Assembly (NCBI RefSeq): GCF_963921235.1
Contig: NC_086097.1
Span: 130,140,001-130,204,000 of the forward strand
Length of the DNA: 64,000 nt
Direction: 5' to 3'
DNA from: Mobula hypostoma
Taxonomy: Eukaryota
Made by a program: the position numbers and the translations under genes. Below the pieces are notes generated by a model, which was given only the letters and a program-made list of their open reading frames with translations, was not told the origin of the DNA and did not search any database. Shown here in pieces: positions 26,572 to 39,859 of the stretch. Numbering within the stretch: position 1 is the stretch's first letter; each line of letters starts with the position of its first letter.

Positions 26572-27830
26572 CGTCTTCCAGTTGAAGACTGATGCGAAAT
26601 ACTTATTCAGTTTGTCCATCATTTCCCTGTCACTCATTACCACCTCTCCAGCATCGCTTTCCAGCAAGCCAATATCCACTCTCACCTCTCTTTAACACTA
26701 TGTATCTGAAGAAACTTTTGGTATCCTCTTTAATGTTATTGGCCAGCTTATTTTTGTGTTCCAGTTCTACCTTCTTAATGACTTTTTAAAAATTGTCATC
26801 CATTGGTTTTTTAAAGCTTCAGCATCCTCTAACTTCTAATTTTTGCTCTATTATATGCCCTCTCTGTCTTATATGTTGGCTTTGACTTCTCTTGTTACAG
26901 TTGTGTCATCTTGCCTTCAGAATATTTTTTTCCTCTTTGGGATATATATCTCCTTTGCCTTCCAAATTGCTTCCAGAAATTCCAGCCATTGCTACTCTGC
27001 CGTCATCCCTGCCAGTGTTCTTTTCCAATCAATTCTGGCCAACTCCTCTCTCATGTCTCTGCACTTCCCTCTACTCCACTGTAATACCAATACACTTAAC
27101 TTTAGCTTCTCTTTCTCAAATTTCAGGGTGATTTCGATCATATCATGATCACTTGCCCCTGAGGGTTTTTTTTTTAAACGTTAAGGTCACAAATCAATTC
27201 TGGTTTGGTGCATAACACCCAATCCAGAATAGCTGATCCTCTCGTGGGCTCCACCACGACCTGCTCTGAAAAGCCATCTCATAGGCATTCCGGAAATTTC
27301 TCCTCCTGGAATCCAGCACCAATCTGATTTTCCCAATCTATATTGAAATCCCCCATGACTACTGTAGTATTGCCCTTTTGGTATGCATTTACTTTCTCCT
27401 GTTGTAATTTGTAGACCACATCCTTCCTACTGCTTGCGGGTCTGTATACATCCCCCTTCTGGGTCTTTTTACCCTAGCATTTCCTTAGCTCTATCAACAG
27501 AGGTTCAACACCTTCTGACTCTCGTCACCTCTTTCTAATGATTTGATTTCTACGTTCTAGGGAATAAAGTTGTAAGCTATTCAATCTTTCCTTTTAACTT
27601 TGGTCTTCTAGTCTTGGCAATACCTTTGTAAATTTTCTTTGTACTCTTTCAAGCTTATTTATATCTTTCCACTAGATAGGTAACCAAAACTGCACACAAA
27701 ATTCCAAATTAGGCCTCACCAACATCTTACACAACTTCAACGTGACATCCCATCTCCTATACTCGAAACTTTGATTTATGAAGGCCAAAGTGCCTAAAGC
27801 TTCCCACATGACCCTATCTACCTGTGTCAC

Positions 27831-28441
27831 TGATAAAGTTTAAGGGAATGGGGGATTCTCAGATTCCTGTAAACAATGGATTCAGTACTGACTATGTCTG
27901 TGACTGCAGTGTGTTTGAATAATGTTTCACAGCTGCTTTCTTTGGAGCAAGATAAGGGTTAAAGTTCACCCAGATCCACATAAGATGTCTCTGGGCTTTT
28001 CACACCTTTTGATTTTGACAAAAAGCAGTTGGAAATTAGACAGAACATTCCTTTCTTAATTCAAGCATAAATTTGACAGATGTTCTTATCTTTGTAATTA
28101 AGTTTGTGGCTCCAGCAAACCAGGTAGGACATTCTTTTCTTTAATTAAGGTGGCTGGAGTGTCTAACAAATTGATTGTTCTCTGTATCAACAGTCCATTG
28201 ACTTGACCGGAATGGTCATCAAACTAATTGTTCTTTTGTATCGGTAGCCTTATAACTTCTGTCAATTCTGACACTGGGCAGTGAACTTGTAGAACTACCA
28301 GGGAGATGAGAAAGGGTCTCTCCCTGATGTCAGGTCCAAGTTCACTCACTGGCTGAGCTTGAAGAAATAAATGGGTGAAAAGATAAGTAACGATCTTTTT
28401 GTGCTGTCGTTATTTGATCCAGCAAAGTTACGTTTCCATCA
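27831..28441 (+). mobile_element. Solo LTR (611 bp) inserted in a CR1
   Basis: TGAT...ATCA termini, 4-bp flanks TCAC/CCAC, TATAA at 28251 and AATAAA at 28366; the host CR1 resumes seamlessly on both sides. Confidence 0.78.
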
Positions 28442-30814
28442 CCACTTTCAATGAATTATGGACCTGTATCCCAAATCCCCTTGTTGTACCACAGTCCTCA
28501 GTACCCTACTGCTCACTGTATACCTACCCTGGTTGATCCTCCCAAAGTAAAACACCTCACACTTGTCTACATTAAATGCCATCTTCCATTTAACTCACAA
28601 TTTTTCCAGCTGGTCCAGATCTTTCTGCAAGCTCTACTAGTTTTCCTTGCTGTCCATTACACCCGCAATCTTGGTGTATTAACCACATTATCCTCCAGAT
28701 CATTGATATAGGAGACAAACAAAAAACCCAGTACCAATCCCTGTGGCAAAGGCCTCCAGCCAGGGAAGCAAACATCTACTACCACTCTTTGGCTCCCCCA
28801 CAAAGCCAATGGCTTACCCAATTTACTACCTCACCTTGAATGCCAAGCAGCTGAATCTTCATGACCAAGCTCCCGTGCAGGACCTTGGCAAAGGCCTTAC
28901 TAAATCCACGTAGATAACATCCACTGCCTTGCCTTCATCAACTTTCCTACAGACTTTCTTGAAGAACTCTATAAATGTCATTAGCCATGCTCTACCACAC
29001 ACAAAACCATGCTGACTATCCCTAATCAGTCCTTGTCTATGAAAATACTTATATATCCGGTCCCTTGGAATACCTTCTCATAACTTTCCCACTGCTGATG
29101 TTAGGCTCACTGGCCTATAATTTCTTGGTTTATTCTTAAGAGCCTTTCTTAAACAGCAGAAAAACATCAGCTATCCTCCATTCAGCTCCTATGTCAATGG
29201 TCTTACAAATATTCTAAGAGAAGAAACTTCTTCTCATCTCTCTGCCTTGGTTGTAAAGATCCTATCCAGCAGCTACAAATTCCCATGCATTAACATATCA
29301 GATAGGCCCCAGCATACAGATGCAGTCACAAGGAAGATGCACCAGGCTCATTACTTCTTTTTTTAAATAGAAAGTCAAGGTGATTTGACATGTCACTGAG
29401 CACTCAAAAGTTCAAACGTTTGAAGGAAATTTATTATCAAAGTAGGCATACATGTCACTATATACTACCTTGAAGATTTGTTTTCTTGCAGACCTTTTAC
29501 AGGAAAACAAAATCCAGCAGAATTACGAAAAACTAGAAACAACGAAGACTGAAACAACCAAAGTGCAAAAGAAGACAAATCATGCAAATAAGTAGTAAAT
29601 ACACAAAGAATAAATAATACTAACAAATACAAATGTACTGTTCAAAGTATCCTGACTGGTTGCATCATCGTTTGATACAGCAATTCAAATGCACAGGAGT
29701 ACCAGAGGCTGTACAGAGTAGTGGACTCAGCACTGTGACATCCCTCCCTATTATCAGTGAGGGACCAAATTCAAGAACAACTACTTCCTTCAACTGTCTG
29801 CTTCTCGAACCAACCAGCACAACTCTGATCACCACCTCAGCATAGCAACGTTAGGATCATTTTGCACTACAATGGACTTCAGTTTCTTTTGTTCTAATTT
29901 TGTTTTATGTTGTATAATTTATATACAGTTTATGTTTTTCTTGTGAATGTTATGTATCTGATGCTATGTGCCTGTGACGCTGCTGCAAATTTCACATTGC
30001 ATCTGTGCATACATGCACTTGTGCAAATGTCAACTGACCCAACTTTGATATGTCAGCCTGGATTTAACTTCCCCAGGTGCTGCCTGATATGCTGAGTTCC
30101 TCCTGCTCAGGTGCTCCAGATCGAGCATTCAGAGTTTCTCGTCTCTTCAGCTCTGCATTTATCCTGACAAGCCTGTTAAGAATTTTGTACATTTCAGTGA
30201 GATCACTTCTCATTCTTCTAAACCCAAGACAGCTAGGCCCATTTTGCATAATCTTGCCTCAGTCAAACTCATCTCAGAAATCATCCTGGTGAACCTTCAC
30301 TGCTGTCCCTCATTGTAGGGATATCCTTCCTTGGGTAGAGAGACCAGACATGTTCACAATATTTCAAATGGTGCTCACTAGATTTCAATATCAAATCAGT
30401 GAGGTGAATTCATTCTTGTGCTCAAATCATCATATAATAAATTCCCACATACAGTCCTCATTGTTTCTGGTATCTGTTTGTTAACATTCACTGATTGTGT
30501 ACAAGGACATCCAGCTATGCAAAGATACAAACCCAAACAGCTTCAAGGAAGATATTAAGCACTTTCCATACATCAAAGAGGCAGAGATTTTAAAATGTTA
30601 ACTATTATTACATAATGCTGAAGATGACTGTCAAATGAGTCCAAATGACAAATTGTTACTTAGCTCATGATAATTTGACAATTGAAAACTTTAAATGTCT
30701 TAGAATTAAGCAGCAATGCATCTCATTTCATTTGCCTCTGCATACAGGATAATGAGGAGAAATTAAATGTATACAATTTTCCTACAGATTGAAGACAAAA
30801 TAATAAAGATAAAC

Positions 30815-31237
30815 TGTGACGAAGGCCCGTCACTAACTACGGACAGCACATGGTGCACTCGGTGAAACACTCATCCCCAGCAGTAATAGTGACTGGGTCT
30901 GAACCAGAGCTGCTGCATGGAGCTGTCTCATATAGAGACAGCAGCAACCTGCACAGGTGTGCATTGGTGGAGGATACCATCTTTAATTGGATAATTGAGT
31001 TAATTTGCTTTTGGCTGGTCAGGGGGAGGGGCTTAGCAGTTATAAGCCTCAGGTTACCAAGGCTTTGGGGTTAGTTTTCTTTTGTGTTTAGTCTAAAGGT
31101 GGCTATATATATTTATTGTTTTTTTTCCCCCAGTTTTTGTCTTGTTTTGAGGTAAATAAAAGCACCTCAATCTATTTTTGCGACTCAAGCCATCTGGTTA
31201 TTTTTCTTAAACAAATGACCCACAGTTTTTTGTGACA
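30815..31237 (+). mobile_element. Probable solo LTR (423 bp)
   Basis: TGT...ACA termini, 5-bp flanks TAAAC/CAAAC, TATATAT near 31104 and AATAAA at 31155. Confidence 0.55.
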
Positions 31238-34200
31238 CAAACCCAATACAGATGCCAGAAGTGTGTGGCGTAAATAGAAAATGTTGGAAATCTTCAGCAG
31301 ACCACAACAGCACCTATTTCAAGATTTTGACCTTATCAGAACCCCGAAATATTGCAGGCATAATGTGTTTTTAAGGAACAAATGATTCAGGGAGGGGAAG
31401 AAAGAACAAAAAGAAAGACCTTGTGTAATGAGGAAATGAAAAAACAAATTAATGAACAGCAGAATTATTCCTAGCATTTGCTAGTAATCATCATCACAAA
31501 GGCAAAATGTTCATCCAACCATGAAAATGTTTTGACATCTCCCTGTGTAATATCTGTTCCTCAGTGTGGGCTGGGTCACAACTCAGATGTGATTGCATTC
31601 ATTTTGGGTGGGAGGGTGAGTTCTTGGATGGCAATGTTACACTGAAAGTTACCACAAACTTAGACAAAAAAAAATCTGGATATTTTACATACACAGTAAA
31701 ATTTCTGTTGCAATACGATTCACAGTGACTACACAACCAATTTTCTCAGCAACTCACATGGGTTCTTGCAGAGAACCATCAAACTGCCTTGGGTTGCACA
31801 AAAACCATCGTTAACTATTTACCAAACAAATGCTTTTAGATAGCTGAATTCACGAAGCTACTCCAAAATCAGAGCATCTGCTGCCTGCAACTCTTTCCAT
31901 AGCAGAATCGTTAGATTGATTTGCAATAGATCACTGAGGTTTAAAAATGAACTGTAACTTGACTGGTTGATTAAATTTTTAATCTCCCCTCCATGAACCT
32001 ACCTCCAGTATACTAAATTGTTCCTTAAGACCTATGATTCCAACCAGCTCATAGCCACCTGCTCCAGTGTCTCCTTGTGACAACGTATGACCTATAGGTG
32101 TTTGGGGAAAACAATGACTGACGACAATTTGAACACAACCTCCCCATCACGCCCCCAGGATACAAGCAGAGAAATAGGCTCTTTGCCACAATGATTATCA
32201 ACCACGCATATGCAAGAAACACAAGAGACTGCAGATGCTGGAAGCTGGAGCAACGAATGCACCACTGGAGTAATTAGCACTAATTCTATATTAATCCCAA
32301 TTTTATTCTCCCCACATTATCAAGTCCATCTACAACCCCTCCCTGATTCTGTCACTCACCTAAAACTTACAATTCCAAGTAACTTACCAAACCACACACC
32401 TTTTGGATGTGGTAGGACACCAGAGCACCTCAAGGAAAACGCAGTCATTAGGATTGCAAGCAATCTCCAGGCAGACAGCAGGATTGAACCATGTCACTGG
32501 AGTGTGAGACAGAACTTTGCTGTAAGAGCCATGCATCTGTCATGCAGCCAAATATGACAGTACCAGAGGTATCATGTAAATGAAAGTTGTTATTGACACT
32601 ATCTGCACTAAGCAAGGTATCTGCACTACCTGCACAGGCAACAGATGGAGAACAATTGAGTAAGTAAACTCAGGTGACAGTGGTACCAATGAGTTCAGAT
32701 CCAAATCAACTAAACAGATTAGTTGTCCATTCTCACTTATTTCATTATGACACAGGAGAGTTGAAACTGAATTGACTTTATTTCTTACATCCTTCACATA
32801 CATGAGGAGTAAAAATCTTTGTTACGTCTCCATCTAAATGTGCCATGTGCAATCATAGTAATTTATAATTTATAATAAATAGAACAGTCAATGTAATATA
32901 GAGTACATTCAAATCAGCGTGAGTTCCATCAGCGAAGACTATTTGGTTCTTCAATTCTATAACATCTCTGAGCCTTACCATTCTCCTACTTGACTCCCAT
33001 AACTTATTTTCTCTCACATTGCTCTCAACTGCCCCAAATTCTCTTGCCTCCCCCTTCCTACACTAGATTAAATTTACTGCAGCCAGTTAATCTACCAGGG
33101 TGCGGGAGAAAACTGCTATAAGTACATGAACTTACAAGAACATACAAACTCCAAACAGACTGCACAGAGGACAGGATCAAACCTGGGTCACTGGAGCCGT
33201 GAAGTAGTAGCACAAACAGCAGCATCATCACAATATCCATCGATTAACTGTTACCTGCACAAACTTGCTGGGAGTAACTGACAAAAAGGCTTCTCACTTT
33301 AAACCAACGAAAAGACCCAAAGTAGTACCTTGACAGTTAAAGAACATTTGGGCAATCCTTGGTTGTGAAAGAGGCAACAGAAATAGAAGTCTTTTGTTGT
33401 GGTGTTCAGCTTTGTAAATATGTTCCCATCTCTATGAAGCTTAACACTTTAATTACCATCACTACTCGGAACTTAATCTCAAAGGTGGATCACTATCCAA
33501 AATGAAACTTCCTTGGAAAAATTGGAAATATTCAAATAGAAAAAGAAGGACATGCCCTTCCAAGAGAGTTTCAATTTACTTTTAAGTAAAACTAATTTTG
33601 TCAAGGGATGAAACAGCACAGTTCTGCACATTCTAGAGGTAATGGGGTTAAAATGTATCACAGGTTGCCTCTATAACTTTGTGATGTCAGTTGTAAGGCC
33701 ACTCAACACCTGATGTCTCATCTGCCACTGAATTAGATCATGCTACTATACCTTCGATCAATCCCAATCCCATAATCTTTAATAATCTTGGCTTTAATAA
33801 TTCGGTTGTGATGTTTTCAAACTAAGAGGTTTCATTAAAGTTTACAAATTTTCTTCAGTTATTTGTTAAGGAATTTGTTCTCCAAAGTGAATCAGTCTTG
33901 AAGGGTAGCCTTGACAAAAGCTTGGTGGGCCAAAATGTTATCATTTTACTAAAATCTAACAATTCGTCACCAGGTAGGAGTCTCTATTCTGAACCAGGAG
34001 TCCAAAGTGATGCATGCTTCAGAATGAAAGTCACCCTCCGGGCTCCGCAACTAACGTCGATGGTTTAGGGCCAGATGCTGTCTTGTATGGAAGTGGAACG
34101 GTACGAATGAGAATTGCCACAGTTCCTAGACATGACTATAGGCCAGTAAATTAAGTGACCACACAAAGACATCCTCCCCAATGTGAGAATTTCCAAACTT

Positions 34201-35190
34201 ATCACTTCATGTAAAGCAACTAAATGAAAATTTACTATTGGGTGCTGCTATTAAGAACAGATAATGAAATGCTTCACAATTCTACACCAAATTCTAACCT
34301 TGCAGACATAAGAGATTGCCGATGTTATCATGTGAAGCAACACACAAAAAGCTGGAGGAAATCAGTAGGTCAGGCAGTATATAACAGTTATTTCCCCTCT
34401 ATCTTTCAGACCAATGAAGGGTCTCAACCAAAAATAAAACACTGATTGCACATTTCTCCCCTTAGATGCCATGTGACCCTTTGAGTTTCTCTAGCTTTTC
34501 GGGTTCCAACACTGATCTCTATATTTAACCAGACTCCTTTGGATGAACTTAAATGTTACAAGTTCACTTCCAAACAAGGGAAACAACTGGAACCTGTGTA
34601 ACACAACAGGACACGTTCCATTAGTATCACACACAACAAAATCTTGTGTTTACACACAAAGGTGTCCCAATTCTCAGAGGCAAATGGCAACAGATCCACC
34701 CCCTCTCCCACCATCCTCACACTATATTGAACACTAGCTAAAATCGGCACAAACAGTAGTATCGGCTCAAGCCCCACTCAAGGTTATAAGGGTCAAGGAG
34801 GGAGCATCATTGGGCCTTACCATTGGACAGGACCTGAAGAGAGCAGTGGCCAAACTGGGTATGTGAGAGGTCGTGACACACAAGAGATTGCAAATACTGG
34901 AATCTCAAGCAACAAAAAGCTACAGGCAGCATCCGAGGAGGAAAATGGACATTAAAGACCCTTCACCTGGACTGAAAGAGTAGAGGAATTCCCCTTCTAA
35001 TCTGGTCTGGCCAATGTGACCCCCTACCCGCTGACCCTTGATCGACTTCCAAAATTTAATTCAGGTGGTAACCAGTGGTGGACAATGTCTCGCCTGCAAC
35101 ATCCTGTTAACAAATCAGTTGTTTTAAATATTACCAAATTTTGACGCTACTCGAGAAGTTAGAAGCTGCTGTCTACTTTTTTCTACATAC

Positions 35191-35341
35191 CTGCAATGGT
35201 GTGTGCGTACAGTCTGCTCCCGAAGGTGAACACATGTAGCTCGTAGAGTTTTGCTATTTTTTCTAGAAACTCTTTACAGTGCGGTCTCAGGCGTGTATGC
35301 AGCATTGGCTCTCCTCTGCCTAGCTGGAAGTGAAAAATTCC
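35191..35341 (-). CDS. CTDP1: CTDP1 exon 5 (GIFHFQLGRGEPMLHTRLRPHCKEFLEKIAKLYELHVFTFGSRLYAHTIA)
   Basis: 151 nt; acceptor ...ttgcag, donor GTATG; FCP1 homology domain sequence. Confidence 0.97.
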
Positions 35342-36777
35342 CTGCAAGCAATAACAGAAAACAGCACAATTAAATTCTAAACGAACAGACATGTCCACAA
35401 TCAATTTTTAGATCGCGTGTAAACTGCAAACACCAAATCACGGATCACATGCACCATAAAACCAACCATTGCCCACTAAACAACTCATAAGACTGGGCAA
35501 AAGGTGTGTTCTGCACTGGCCACACAGCTTCTGACTAACTGGATATTCATGAAAGGGCTTGCCAAGGGACTTACAGATCAGACTTAATACTGGGTACAAA
35601 ACAGCTTTAAGGAGACACTATAATTAACTGTCAGTGTTGTAATGTATGACACACAGTAGTGTATTTGTGCTCAGTAAGCTCTCACCAACTGATCACAATA
35701 ATGGCCAGGGATTGCTCTGTTGATTGTGGCCAAGACGCACATTTCTACTCTTTGCCAAAATAGTGCCTTAGGGTCCAAGGTATTTCTCCACAAGAGCAGA
35801 AGGGTCTTCAGTTTCACATATCAGCTATGAGCTGACATTCCCAACAATGCAGCATTCCCTCAGTACCACAACGCCTGTCAGTCTGTGCTGAAACCTCCAG
35901 CTATTCACCGACTGAGAGAACAAAGTGCTAATAATTGGATCACAGCCAATGCCATTGCTGGATCTGGCGCTTTTGATCCAGAGGCTCTTCAGAAGTCCAG
36001 AATGAGGCATAACATTGGTGGTTACAGCCACTTTATTAAGTATCAAGAAAAAGCTGTAGTCATCTCATACCCAGACTAGAAATAAACAACATCCCAGTGA
36101 AAACAACTAACCTAAGTGATGTGACATCTGCTGCAAAAAAGCTGAGAAGCTTCTGGAAAACTATAAAATCATCAATACAATTTCTGGAACATTTACTGAA
36201 CAATTACACATAGGTATATATTAAAATCATAAACTAGCATAGGAAAGTTAAACAACAAGGAAAATAACTATTCTACACCTTATTCCAACTTTGCTTTGTT
36301 ACTAACCCCAAACAAAGGTATTCTTCCACCTTTTCTAAACCAGTGACTGGTCAGCAAACTTCTAATCACTTCCCTTGGCATGATTTTACAGCGGTCAATG
36401 ACTTCTGTCAGCATTTCCCACATTATTCCTAAACCCCTCAGCAAGATTTCTGCTTTAAAAATGTGCCCTGCCTGTTAGATCACAACTTCAGTATCAATAC
36501 AAAACAGCAGGACTATTTGCAATTACCTGAGAGCATTAGACAGAGTACAAACAGCCAAGATGGAGAATAAACCAAGCTGCTGGAAGTACTCAGCAGATCC
36601 TGATGAAGCGTCTTCACCTGAAATGTTGACCATCCATTTCCAGCCTGTGTCCGGCACATAATTCTCTGAAACTTCTGCCACCTCCAACGGGATCCCACCA
36701 CATCTTTCCCTCCCCTCCCCCTTTATTCACCATTCCTTTATTCTTCCTGGGTTTATGTACACTCAGAAAGAACTCAC

Positions 36778-36906
36778 CTTGTTGGACATTTTCTGGCACA
36801 GCTGCTCTGTTGTATGGATTAAGGTCTGATCCAGATCCACCATCAACACTAGCTTCCGGTTCTTATGTAGCCACTGCTGATCCTCTCGACCCAATTGCTC
36901 AGCTTG
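36778..36906 (-). CDS. CTDP1: CTDP1 exon 4, catalytic DxDxT motif (QAEQLGREDQQWLHKNRKLVLMVDLDQTLIHTTEQLCQKMSNK)
   Basis: 129 nt; acceptor ...ctcacag, donor GTGAG; DLDQT is the FCP1 active-site signature. Confidence 0.97.
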
Positions 36907-37206
36907 CTGTGAGGTAGAGGTGATAAGGCGGGGCAGGGGGTGGTGGGGGTGTAAAACAAAGATCTTTTTAAAAATCTATACCCATGTTAATGTAACATGT
37001 ACAGAGAAACAACTTTGCAGCACAATAAAACGCCTTTCAATCTCCATATCTATGACTGACTTTGCTCTCTATATAAGCCTCCTCCAATTCTAACATCGGA
37101 ATATTTTTCTATTCTTTTCTCTCTCTGTTAAAAGTCCCTGGTAAATGCCTCAACTAAATGACACCCATATTCTCACTATTTTCTGGGCAAAGAACTTCCC
37201 TTAGAG

Positions 37207-37286
37207 CAGAGGTTCCCAACCTGGGGTCCATGCACCCCTTGCTTAACAGTATTGGCCCATGACATAAAATAGTTGGGGAACCCCTG
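37207..37286. mobile_element. 80-bp hAT MITE
   Basis: TIRs cagaggttcccaac / gttggggaacccctg; degenerate 8-bp flanks CCTTAGAG/CTCTAGGG. Confidence 0.7.
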
Positions 37287-39104
37287 CTCTAGGGTTTTTG
37301 ACTTAACAGCAATTGTCTTAAACTTACGCCCACATGTTTTGGACACCCTATAACTGGACATATTTTCTCTGGTTTGTCCAATTCAATACATAACGGGCAC
37401 ACCTCTCCTCACATTAGCAATATCTACAGGAGGTACTGCATCAAGGTGGGAACAGCTATCAAAGATCCCCACCATCTTCTTGCAGGTACCATTGGATGTT
37501 GGACAGAAGCCTGAAGTCCCACACTACCATGTTCAAGAACAGCTACTTCCCTTCAACTATTCAGTTCTTCAACCAACTAGCACAACCCTAATCACTACAA
37601 CACTATGACCACTTTGATTACTTGGAACTACAATGGATTTTTTTTTGCTCTAATTGTGTTCTTGTAAAAATGGGTTAATTTTGTTTAATTTATGTTTTTC
37701 TTGTGAATGCTGATTATATGATGCTATGCACCCGTGATGCTGCTGCAAGTAAGATTTTCATCGCATCTGTGCATACATGCATTTATGCATACGACAATAA
37801 ATTCAACTATTAAACTCAACTATTGACTATTCAATCTCTTTATACATTTAACAGGCATTTCCTGAGAAATGAGGAGATTCAGTGTTCCAAGAGAGTTTTG
37901 CCATCAGTCTTCCACATCAACCTTTTTCTGCTCTTTGAATTACAGAAAAAAGGCACTGTGCAGAATGAGGCCATTCGATACACTAGTCTGAGACAGACCC
38001 ATACTTCCTCCTTCGAGCAGGAGTGTGGCATTGTGTAATCCATAAACACTCCAGTGATTGCCGAGCACTTGAGAATGTCAGAAGGAGCAGTAATGTGTAG
38101 CACAACTATCCTGTCCAACTCCCTTCACCATATATATCAACGTGGTACATTGTGAAGTAGTACACAGATCACTGCAACAATGGAATGGCTTAAAACAGAT
38201 CAACTCTAACCGAACAGGAATATATTTCATGGCTGGTATGAAATATGGAAGACCTTAAGGGCAAAATAAGCCAAGTGCTGTTGGAAAAAGAATCAGGATA
38301 GGTTACTCAATGATTTCAATCCATCCTACAGTTTAATCTTTATCTTGACATCAATTGATATCCACAACCATGCAAGTCTAACGGTTTCAAAATTCCTATT
38401 AAATCCGGCATATCAAATAGCTGGTTGTTGTCTTCTACTCTCACCTCTGGGGGAATCAAAGTGCTTTCTGATTCACTCTAAACGGCACATCTTTCATTTT
38501 AAGGTGGTGAGTTCTTACGCTTTATTTCACACTACTGCGGCATAATCAATAGGAACACAACATTTGTTTTACAGCCTAGCTTCATAACATAACCTGTTAA
38601 GCACCAGGCATTGTTTCCAACAAATCTGTCTGTGGAAGGATGCAAAAGAGAAAGGAGCAGAAATGAAAACACTGCCAGAAACTCTGCAGCAGTGAATACA
38701 AAAATTGAGCAAGACTCTCAAAAGGATTGAAGGAAATACAGCAAGGAATAAATTACGCTGGGAACGATGCAGGGAAGATATTTTTATTTGCAAATTACTT
38801 GGATAAATAAACATGCCAATTATTGCAATCTCAAACGTCAACTGGAACAGAGAGCCTCAATGCTGTGCAATTACCAAGCGACAGCACCACCTACTGATAA
38901 TAGGTCAGGTACTCATGACAGTGCCACCTACTGGAGTAGGGAACAGAAACAAGAAATTCATAGAAAGGAGATTAATTTGAAGACTGTTCTAAAAAGACAC
39001 CAGCAAGAGCGACGGCAGTAGGAGATAAACTAAAAAGAGAGATCAAGAAAGGCAAGACAGTGATATAGAACAGAAACACTGTACTTTAATTCCACTGGAC
39101 TCAC

Positions 39105-39198
39105 CTCAGAGCTCACCATCAATTCTGGAACACTGTGAACCATGGAAACTGTTGCTGTGGCTACTGGTGCTGTTTGCTTCCCATTCTTCTTCTGTAAT
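39105..39198 (-). CDS. CTDP1: CTDP1 exon 3 (LQKKNGKQTAPVATATVSMVHSVPELMVSSE)
   Basis: 94 nt; acceptor ...cttcag, donor GTGAG; phase joins exon 2 (CA+A = Gln). Confidence 0.95.
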
Positions 39199-39859
39199 CT
39201 GAAGACAAGAATGCAAAATGAAGGACGAATTGCCATCCAAGCATCCGAGGAGGAAGCTGCTGTCTGCCACAATATTCTCAGACCTCCTTAACAATGCTTC
39301 CACTAATGAATTCAGTAACCATTTTATTGGATACATCCAGAGAGAAAGAGGAAAGTGGCATTAAAGCAGATATTATTGCCATCTTAAAATGGTGTATCTG
39401 CTCTACAGCTTCCCCTCCTATCTTTCTTCATCTCATTGCATCATAAACTCTTACTTTCCCTCCCTCAAGTGCTTTTACTGCTTCAGTTAAGTGCATCTCC
39501 ATTACTTGCCTCACTCATTCCTGATAACCAGTTCCACATTCTAGTCATGCTTTGGGCAAAGAAATTTCTTCCAAATGCTTCATTAGCGAGTACAGTTAAT
39601 GTGCACAGTTCTGGCCTCCTTATTGTACCAGCAAAAGATAGTAGTCTAAGGGAGGTCCATTAGGCTAATTCCTCAGACAAAAGCTTCCCTCCCACAAGCA
39701 AGTGAAGTTACATCTACAATACATTTTTTGAAGTCTGAAGGGTGATCTTTTTGAAATAATACAAAGATTCTAAAGGGGCCATGACAGTAGATGTTGAGAT
39801 ATTTCCACTAGTGGGAGAATTTCAAGATTGGGAGATGAGTAGTAGTTATAGAGAACCAC

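Larger units (their letters stand above)
23180..29190 (-). mobile_element. Cluster of decayed minus-strand CR1 LINEs hosting nested insertions
   Basis: Remnants RLRGDLIEVYKIM, PYLRKDVVKLERVQRR, QRDVGVFVQDSLKVNLQ and LNKYFASVF. Confidence 0.82.

Noticed and set aside
36928..36952. G-rich run as a G-quadruplex
   Set aside because: It is the complement of the exon 4 C-rich polypyrimidine tract, which explains it sufficiently.
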